Below, piece after piece: positions 33,623-39,604 of a stretch of DNA of 39,604 nucleotides (positions are counted from its first letter, which is position 1; every line of letters starts with the position of its first letter). The stretch is from a virus (taxonomy: Duplodnaviria > Caudoviricetes). The stretch covers positions 1 to 39,604 of IMG/VR virus record IMGVR_UViG_3300044277_000005. One strand, given 5' to 3'. Under the pieces are notes generated by a model, which was not told the DNA's origin, did not search any database, and was given only the letters and a program-made list of their open reading frames with translations. The position numbers and the translations under genes were made by a program.

Positions 33623-34294
33623 TTATTTGATGCCTAGGCGCTTTTCCCGGCGCTTGATCCAGCGCCGCGCAATGGCTGCGTAGCGCATCAGGTATTCGGT
33701 CGTGTACTCGCGGCTCCTGGCGTGATGCTTGAGCCAGTCCAGCCGCTCGGCGCCGATCTTCATGGCAAGGCGCGGCTCGTAGTCGGCAATGTTGCCGGCA
33801 CGGTGCCAGTTGCACTGGCTGCATGCCTTGTGGATGTTCAGCAGGTTGAAGCGCAAAGCCGAGTTACTGCCCACGCTCTTGTAATGCGAACCATGCCAGG
33901 CGCCGCCCTGCCAGCTCGCGCCCTTGTCGCAGGAAATGCATCCATCGTGCCAGTCGCGCAGCACGGCAATGCGGTTCGCCAGCTTCTGCACCAGTTCCAG
34001 GCGCTCCTTGTGCGGCATGCCTTCTTCCTTGCGCTTGCGGTCGGCGGCGCGCTCGGCCTTCGCCTTGGCCGCCTTCTGCTTTGCCAGCTTGTCCAAGGCG
34101 ATGACCACGGCGCAATCGTCCGAGCACCAGTTTTTCCACGGCTGCTTAGGGTCGGGCAGATACGGCGCGCGGCAGGCCCGGTTCGCGCACTTCTTCGGCT
34201 TTGGCCCCTTTGCAGGCTTCGGAGAGCGTGACATGGGCGCCTTGGCCCGTAGTGGCGTGGTTCGCTTGAGGGGTGTCTTTTGCTTCAATGTCAT
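33623..34294 (-). CDS. ninG: NinG/Rap-family recombination endonuclease
   Basis: KKC...C..P....WCS.DC, RD....CISC, H.SHY.SVG....LRF...NIH..C..CN....GNI..Y. Confidence 0.88.
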   Translation of the reverse strand: MTLKQKTPLKRTTPLRAKAPMSRSPKPAKGPKPKKCANRACRAPYLPDPKQPWKNWCSDDCAVVIALDKLAKQKAAKAKAERAADRKRKEEGMPHKERLELVQKLANRIAVLRDWHDGCISCDKGASWQGGAWHGSHYKSVGSNSALRFNLLNIHKACSQCNWHRAGNIADYEPRLAMKIGAERLDWLKHHARSREYTTEYLMRYAAIARRWIKRREKRLGIK

Positions 34295-34680
34295 TTCACG
34301 CGCCCGAACAAGTGGTCAATCATTGGATCAGTCAGCGTGCAAGGCTCCCAGGTCGATACCGTGGTCTGCTTGGGCTGGCCGTATTCCGCGATGCGGTTTT
34401 CGTAGTTCTGGTCCGGTCCCGCTTCCCAGCGCACCCGCTTTTCACCGGCCCGAGGCGCCTGGCGCCGGATATGGCCGTTGGCGTTCAGGCGGCACACGCT
34501 GTTTCTGATGTTTTGCGCGTCCAGCCCCAGCGCATCCACCATCTCCCGCACCGACACGCCGGGATTATCGACAATGTGCCGTCGCACCCGCTCGACTTCC
34601 GGTATGAAGCCCTTGGCGGGCGTGATGGGCTGGACGTATTCATTCATGTGGCCGAGTTGGGAAAACTTCGGTATCTGCAT
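34291..34680 (-). CDS. Winged-helix DNA-binding protein (putative)
   Basis: I..NPG.S.RE....LG.....I...V.RL...G.I. Confidence 0.6.
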   Translation of the reverse strand: MQIPKFSQLGHMNEYVQPITPAKGFIPEVERVRRHIVDNPGVSVREMVDALGLDAQNIRNSVCRLNANGHIRRQAPRAGEKRVRWEAGPDQNYENRIAEYGQPKQTTVSTWEPCTLTDPMIDHLFGRVK

Positions 34681-34689
34681 GATCTTTCC

Positions 34690-35388
34690 TTAAATGCCGA
34701 GGGCGGCAAAGATGCCTTGTGGCGCGACTTTTGGCGTAACCCATTGTTTTACAATAATTGGCTTTGCATGGTCAGGCGTGGACACCGTGGGCGCAACATG
34801 CCAATACAGGGCGCGTTTTTTGCCTTTTGCAGGTAAAACCATGACCTTGCCGCCATGCCGAAGCCGTTGCAGGTTCGTCACCGTGCAGCGTAAATCCGCA
34901 TGTAAAGCCAGTGCGATTTCCGCCGACTTTTTGCCCGGCCAGTTCGCCAGGTATCGCAGGATGCGGTTCGACAGCGACGTTTCACGCGGTCGCGGCGAAT
35001 TCCAGATTTCACGACGACGGGCCTTGTTCGCTTCATGCTTGACCGGATCAGCAAGTTCGCGCGCTCGGCGCTTGGCGCCCCGCTGCTTGTTGGTCATTTG
35101 CTTCGGCTCTTTCTTGTCAGGCTTGTCACCTTTGGCATACAACGGGGTATGCCGCCCACTGCCTTGCCGCCAGTCGGCAATGAATATCCGGCGCGGCCAT
35201 CCCATTTCCTCATTGCCGCGCAGGTACAGCAGGTAATGCCCGGTGCTGGTCTTGCTCTTATGGATTGCCGATCCGATTTCCATGCAGGACAGCATCGATC
35301 CTTCCGGCAGGACCGACATGATGCGCGAAATGGCAAGCTGCGCGCGGTCGCTGTCAAAACTGTAGTCTTTGACGGATGCCGGAATCAT
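34690..35388 (-). CDS. Basic protein with two HTH-like domains (putative regulator)
   Basis: N-terminal HTH with FI.DW...P.Y..G..PD and second IL.YL...PG..S.EIA domain. Confidence 0.55.
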   Translation of the reverse strand: MIPASVKDYSFDSDRAQLAISRIMSVLPEGSMLSCMEIGSAIHKSKTSTGHYLLYLRGNEEMGWPRRIFIADWRQGSGRHTPLYAKGDKPDKKEPKQMTNKQRGAKRRARELADPVKHEANKARRREIWNSPRPRETSLSNRILRYLANWPGKKSAEIALALHADLRCTVTNLQRLRHGGKVMVLPAKGKKRALYWHVAPTVSTPDHAKPIIVKQWVTPKVAPQGIFAALGI

Positions 35389-35952
35389 TTACGCCACCCT
35401 TTCCGCTTCGCGTCGCTCGATTTCTTCATAATCCTCATGCGCTTCTTTCCATTGTTCCGGCGTGATGCGGCCCAGTTTTTCACGGATGATATTGCATGTG
35501 GCTCGCGCGTCTTCCCGGTCTGCATCCGTCAGCTTCTCGCCACGGTCCACTTTCAGGGCAAACGCGATCAAGCCGTACGGCACGGTGCCAAGCGCGTATT
35601 TCTTGCAGATGAACTGCATCAGGTGCGTCACCGCCAGCAGGGACGATACGACCTCCACGAAGTCATGCATCCGGTCTTCCCACATGACAGCTTTCCCCTC
35701 GTCACTGTAGAGCAGCGTGCCGGTGGCCTCTTCCTCGTCAATCATCTTGTCGATGGCCCCGAAGACGTTCAGGCGCGAGGCGTTGACCGGGTGCGCCATC
35801 GGCAGGTTGTTCAGGCGCTCGATGCGTTCGTTCTTGGCGATGATCCGTTTCTGGCGCTCCTTCAAGCCAGTTTGCAGCCGCTCGACCATCCTTTGCGGGG
35901 TGCCGATGCCCTTGGGCGCTGGTTTTCGCTTCTTTTTCTTGTTGCCCGCCAC
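35389..35952 (-). CDS. Hypothetical protein
   Basis: GTG start with AAGGAG RBS, basic N-terminus, 187 aa. Confidence 0.7.
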   Translation of the reverse strand: MAGNKKKKRKPAPKGIGTPQRMVERLQTGLKERQKRIIAKNERIERLNNLPMAHPVNASRLNVFGAIDKMIDEEEATGTLLYSDEGKAVMWEDRMHDFVEVVSSLLAVTHLMQFICKKYALGTVPYGLIAFALKVDRGEKLTDADREDARATCNIIREKLGRITPEQWKEAHEDYEEIERREAERVA

Positions 35953-35954
35953 GG

Positions 35955-36419
35955 TTATGCTCCTTCTTTCTTAGTCTGAATCTTGAAATATGCCGATAGC
36001 CTGTCAAAGGTTTTCATAGCGGGCACAATTTCGTCTCGCATGAAGTTGGACAAAACTATAGGGCTCACGCCGATCTTTTTAGCTAGATCCTTTTCGCCAT
36101 GAACTTGCAGTGCTGCGGCCAAAATAGGTTGAATATCTTTGCGCAGTCCTTCTGTCAGATGACGGCGGGCGGCGGTAGGAGAGTCGTACTCAACCAAGTA
36201 TTGGCAATTAAAAGGCGGACGTTCTGCGAGAATAAGTTCCCTCTCTGCAAGTCTTGCGGCACCACGATTAGCGAAGTGCAAAACCTCGATAGTCTTGACT
36301 GCATCGAACCATTGCGAATTGCGCTCATGATCAAAAGTTCTACTCTCAACCCTGGCAGCAAGTCCGATATATAAGACTTCGCCAGCGCCGTTCATGTGCT
36401 TATAAACGCAGCAGCACAT
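35955..36419 (-). CDS. GIY-YIG nuclease with C-terminal HTH
   Basis: VY.......VLYIG......R...H.....WF, E...I..E.P.FN; C-terminal LAKKIGVS HTH; AT-richer than flanks. Confidence 0.8.
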   Translation of the reverse strand: MCCCVYKHMNGAGEVLYIGLAARVESRTFDHERNSQWFDAVKTIEVLHFANRGAARLAERELILAERPPFNCQYLVEYDSPTAARRHLTEGLRKDIQPILAAALQVHGEKDLAKKIGVSPIVLSNFMRDEIVPAMKTFDRLSAYFKIQTKKEGA

Positions 36420-36611
36420 TCAGTCCGCCAGTGCTTTGAAGTATTGATAGATGCGCTCGACAGTCGAGTGCTGCGGGTCGGTATTCTTGCCGCTGCCGAT
36501 TTCGCTGATCGTGCTCTTGCGAATGCCGGTCTTGCGCGCCAGCTCGGCGCAGTTGTAGGCCCGGTCGTTGATCTTGCGAACAACGTACTGGAGCATTGTT
36601 TCCTGACTCAT
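36420..36611 (-). CDS. Cro-like HTH transcriptional regulator
   Basis: ELARKTGI.KSTISEI.SG...DP..STV..I; AAGGAGG RBS; first gene of the leftward arm. Confidence 0.85.
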   Translation of the reverse strand: MSQETMLQYVVRKINDRAYNCAELARKTGIRKSTISEIGSGKNTDPQHSTVERIYQYFKALAD

Positions 36612-36642
36612 TGTTACCTCCTTGTGGTTAGTCTGTACCGCA

Positions 36643-36671
36643 ACTGTAGCATGCTAAAAAGCACGAATCAA
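36643..36671 (-). promoter_or_regulatory. Leftward early sigma70 promoter
   Basis: TTGATT(36671-36666)-17 bp-TACAGT(36648-36643), TGn-extended. Confidence 0.7.
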
Positions 36672-36704
36672 TACAAATAGTTCGGCGAGAGCGTTATAAA
36701 TCGC

Positions 36705-36734
36705 TTGCGTTGCTTAATTGAATCGCGGTAAGCT
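36705..36734 (+). promoter_or_regulatory. Rightward early promoter (putative)
   Basis: TTGCGT-18 bp-TAAGCT; shares TTGCGT, AATTGAA and CGCG with the promoter at 38779. Confidence 0.5.
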
Positions 36735-36786
36735 ATGTCAATTGGCTGCGCATGGTGCGCTGGCCTGACAAGAAAGAGAGGACAGG

Positions 36787-37116
36787 ATGAGCAGTCTGGA
36801 TCACGTATGGGGCGATCGTCAGCGACATGGCGGCCCGGCATTCCCGCATGAAAAGGTAACAGGCCGCGACCCGATGGGCGCGACCATGACGGAATATTTT
36901 CCCGGCGCCACGCTGCGCGATTACATTGCCGTGCAAGCTCCAGACATGCCGGATAACTACAAGCGCAAGGAGAAGGATGTTCAGAAGGTAGTTCCAGATG
37001 GTTCTACTGGGCGCAAGAGGATCACAACTGTCAAAGAATGGGAAGAGCCAGCGCAACACCTTGCGCGTTGGGCGTATGCCTATGCAGATGCCATGCTTGC
37101 GGAGCGCGCCAAATGA
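36787..37116 (+). CDS. Conserved phage early protein
   Basis: GGPAFP...G.TLRDY.A...A..AY.YADAML.ER signature. Confidence 0.8.
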   Translation: MSSLDHVWGDRQRHGGPAFPHEKVTGRDPMGATMTEYFPGATLRDYIAVQAPDMPDNYKRKEKDVQKVVPDGSTGRKRITTVKEWEEPAQHLARWAYAYADAMLAERAK

Positions 37117-37442
37117 CAAAATCCACCACGATCAACATTGGCGAGCTGGCGGCAAGGCTCAAATCCGCCGACCTGACTGCCGAAACCTTCGATACCGCGA
37201 TTGCCTCGGATTTTGAAGTGGAAGTCGAGTATCACTACACGCCAGCAGACGAGGAAGCGGACCAGCAGGCCGAAGTGAAGATCAAGGCCATCAAGGCATC
37301 GTCCAATGTCCACTTTGAAGGCGACCTCGTGAGCACGGTGGTGCGCCGGGGATCGGACCTGATGCCGCTGTTCTCGCATCACGCCATCACGGAACTGACA
37401 GACCGCCTGCTGGCTCATGAAAAGGAAGGCGGCGATGACTGA
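37113..37442 (+). CDS. Hypothetical acidic protein
   Basis: ATGA-coupled at 37113. Confidence 0.7.
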   Translation: MTKSTTINIGELAARLKSADLTAETFDTAIASDFEVEVEYHYTPADEEADQQAEVKIKAIKASSNVHFEGDLVSTVVRRGSDLMPLFSHHAITELTDRLLAHEKEGGDD

Positions 37443-37584
37443 GCAGGAAAAGCGCGATTACCAGGCGGCCTGGGAGAACATCAGGAAGCGCGGCGAGAAC
37501 ATGATGGTCTGGTCGCCCACCATCAGCGAGGAAGACAAGGCCGAGCGCGAGAAGCAAATCGAAGCGGGAATCATCCCGTTCTAA
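37435..37584 (+). CDS. 49-aa protein ending in IPF (not in ORF track)
   Basis: MTEQEKRDYQAAWENIRKRGENMMVWSPTISEEDKAEREKQIEAGIIPF; AAGGA RBS; fills the gap before sak. Confidence 0.65.
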   Translation: MTEQEKRDYQAAWENIRKRGENMMVWSPTISEEDKAEREKQIEAGIIPF

Positions 37585-37603
37585 TCAGAGATAAGGGGAA
37601 GTC

Positions 37604-38245
37604 ATGAGCGAGAGTTTGAATCCATTTGTGCGCCTGGCCGGCATTGATGTCAGCCAGCACATCGAAAAGAAAGCGAACCTGTCTTACCTGTCGTGGGCGT
37701 GGGCGGTCGATCAACTGATGCGCGCCGACCCGGCTGCGAATTGGGAATTCCACGAGCCGACCCTGTTCGGCAAAACCATGATGGTGTCCTGCACTGTGAC
37801 CGCGTTCGGCAAGCCGATCAAGATGCACTTGCCGGTCATGGACCACAAGAACAAGGCGGTCGAGAACCCGGACGCCTTCGTGGTCAACAAGAACATGATG
37901 CGCTGCCTCGTGAAAGCCATCGCCTGCCACGGCCTCGGCCTGTACATCTATGCCGGCGAGGATTTGCCCGCCGATGAAGATGGCAACGTCCAGAAGCCGC
38001 AGCGCACCCAACAGCCGCGCCAACAGGCCCAGCAACGCCCCCAGCAGGCCCCACAAGGCCCGGAAACTGATGCCGCGATCATCGCCACCCATGTGTCAGC
38101 AATGGAAGCGTGTACGAGCCTGGACAGCCTGAAAGCGACGTTCAAGCAGGCATGGATTGAAACGCGGGGCGCACCGGCCATCAAGGGATCGTACGAGCAT
38201 TTCAAGGCCGAACTGGCAAAGCCCGCAGCGGAGCAGGCAGCATGA
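37604..38245 (+). CDS. sak: Sak-family (DUF1071, Rad52-like) single-strand annealing protein
   Basis: IEKK..LSYLSWAWA, LPVMD.KN, N..MRCLVKAIA.HGLGLYIYAGEDLP. Confidence 0.9.
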   Translation: MSESLNPFVRLAGIDVSQHIEKKANLSYLSWAWAVDQLMRADPAANWEFHEPTLFGKTMMVSCTVTAFGKPIKMHLPVMDHKNKAVENPDAFVVNKNMMRCLVKAIACHGLGLYIYAGEDLPADEDGNVQKPQRTQQPRQQAQQRPQQAPQGPETDAAIIATHVSAMEACTSLDSLKATFKQAWIETRGAPAIKGSYEHFKAELAKPAAEQAA

Positions 38246-38484
38246 CCTATCTCAGCCCTGAAGACGCCAAGGTCTTGCGCATTGCGCTGGGCCTCGATGT
38301 CACCAATAAACACTATCCGTCGCGCAACAAGCTGCATCCGGTGTACGCCGAGCGCCACAAGGGCACCGTGACAGACCTCATCGGGCGCGGCTTCCTGACG
38401 CTTAAAGTACGCGATGGCGAGGCGTTCTACATTGCCACCGATGCGGGCCGCGTGGCCGTGATCGACCATCCGTGGAAAGACTGA
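38242..38484 (+). CDS. Small winged-helix-like hypothetical protein
   Basis: ALG........RN ... L...GF........Y..T.AG; ATGA-coupled. Confidence 0.65.
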   Translation: MTYLSPEDAKVLRIALGLDVTNKHYPSRNKLHPVYAERHKGTVTDLIGRGFLTLKVRDGEAFYIATDAGRVAVIDHPWKD

Positions 38485-38777
38485 CGAAGCCGCGCACCAC
38501 GCCGCAGAACCGTAAGTTCTCGGCGCTGGTGGGTGATGTCGTGCGGCAGCATCCCATGATCCCCTACCGGCGCCCCTTCGCCACCGAGGCCTGGCGCCGG
38601 TTCTTCATCGCCAGTTACGTGCGCGAAGCAAGATGGGAAGCGTACAACGCAGGCGCCCCCGATCCGTTCCCGGTGCGGCCCGTACCATCCAGCGACCTCG
38701 ACAGTCGCCAGATGGCAGAGCTGATCGAATTCGTACAGGCATGGTGCGCGCAAAACGACATTGAGCTATCGAAATAA
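38472..38777 (+). CDS. ninB: NinB/Orf-like recombination protein (short)
   Basis: RT..QN.K..AL..D, W..FF, SS.L...QM.ELIE...AW.A...I. Confidence 0.7.
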   Translation: MERLTKPRTTPQNRKFSALVGDVVRQHPMIPYRRPFATEAWRRFFIASYVREARWEAYNAGAPDPFPVRPVPSSDLDSRQMAELIEFVQAWCAQNDIELSK

Positions 38778-38778
38778 G

Positions 38779-38807
38779 TTGCGTCAATTGAACAGGCGCG
38801 ATATATT
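38779..38807 (+). promoter_or_regulatory. Sigma70-type promoter for the mosaic-gene/MTase operon
   Basis: TTGCGT(38779-38784)-17 bp-TATATT(38802-38807). Confidence 0.7.
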
Positions 38808-38842
38808 GATGACTCCAACTCATCACACAAGAAAGAGACAGT

Positions 38843-39598
38843 ATGGACAAGGAAAAAGAAATACCCGCAGCGGCCACCGTGCTGACGGATGAACGGATCT
38901 TTGATCTGGTAGCTCAGCATCGGAGCAAAGTCGGTAGTCGGGTCGACCCGCCGACGTTCAGCGCAATTGAAGTACTCAGCCTTTGCCGCGCCATCGAAGC
39001 CCAGGTTCTCGCACAGGCTGGCGTAAGAGCAGAGCCGACCGCGTGGATGTACCAAGACGACGCCGACAAAGCCAGTCCTGGCAGTGGAAGCTGTGTCGTA
39101 TCGAAGGCCCGCTCGCACTTTTACAGGAACGAAACGCCGCTCTACGCTGCTCCCACCATACCAGCCCAGGTGCCGGCAGCAGAAGTGCGCGCACAGGCGC
39201 TGGACACTCTGAATCGCGATGGCTGGAAGATCGACGGTTCCCTGATCTACCGTTTGAACGACAAGGGCGTCAACTGCGACGAAATCAACATCACGATGGT
39301 CAACGGCAGCCGCGCCGCAGAAGTGCGCCACGATGCCGCTGTCGAACTGCTTGCTGAACTGTCGAGCACCGCAGACAAAGCCAGCGAAGTGCGGGCGGCA
39401 TTGGAGCGTGATGCGGCCCGATATCGCTTTCTTCGTTATGCAGATCTGGATGCGATGGCAGCTTCCTACTGGCCTGAAGGGCAAGTGCCTGAAGGCGAAG
39501 CATTCGACTCTGCAATAGACGCTGCTTTGGCCGCCGCTCCAAGCACCGCAGACAGCGGTAACACTGGCGCCCAGGGCGAAGGGGCGGACATTGAATGA
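38843..39598 (+). CDS. Mosaic early hypothetical protein
   Basis: Modules LTDE.I..RAIEA, EP.AWM..PLYAAP, ERDAARYRFLR..D.AIDAA; repeated AAEVR/ASEVR and STAD linkers. Confidence 0.75.
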   Translation: MDKEKEIPAAATVLTDERIFDLVAQHRSKVGSRVDPPTFSAIEVLSLCRAIEAQVLAQAGVRAEPTAWMYQDDADKASPGSGSCVVSKARSHFYRNETPLYAAPTIPAQVPAAEVRAQALDTLNRDGWKIDGSLIYRLNDKGVNCDEINITMVNGSRAAEVRHDAAVELLAELSSTADKASEVRAALERDAARYRFLRYADLDAMAASYWPEGQVPEGEAFDSAIDAALAAAPSTADSGNTGAQGEGADIE

Positions 39599-39604
39599 GC
39601 TGGC
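39478..39604. repeat. Terminal direct repeat, right copy
   Basis: Identical to 1-127. Confidence 0.95.

Overview
The window is an apparently complete, circularly assembled genome of a GC-rich podovirus-type tailed phage. Bases 1-127 equal 39478-39604, giving a unit length of 39,477 bp. The host is probably a proteobacterium, but the sequence alone cannot fix it. Two arms diverge from a control region at about 36610-36790 and converge on a terminator at about 4950-4980. The + arm carries Sak, NinB, a C5 DNA methyltransferase and several mosaic early proteins. The - arm carries a Cro-like HTH, a GIY-YIG nuclease, NinG, a SLOG protein, a Rha/Ant antirepressor, replication genes, terminase, portal, scaffold, major capsid, tail and ejection proteins, lysis genes, an exonuclease and an HNH nuclease. 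No integrase or CI-type repressor was recognised. Main findings: (1) the major capsid gene is split by a 990-nt group I intron carrying an HNH homing endonuclease. (2) The methyltransferase appears to be two polypeptides encoded in overlapping frames. (3) A C4-like antisense RNA has a loop complementary to the Shine-Dalgarno and start codon of the antirepressor; it sits next to a second structured RNA, an iteron-like repeat cluster and a replication initiator reduced to its C-terminal domain. (4) A predicted ~74-nt sRNA has a doubled CUGUCUC seed matching GAGACAG-N-ATG at the start of three phage genes. (5) Late genes share a promoter/leader motif. (6) A 27-aa peptide plus 4-TM membrane protein pair heads the lysis cassette. 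All family assignments come from motif recognition by eye, not database searches.
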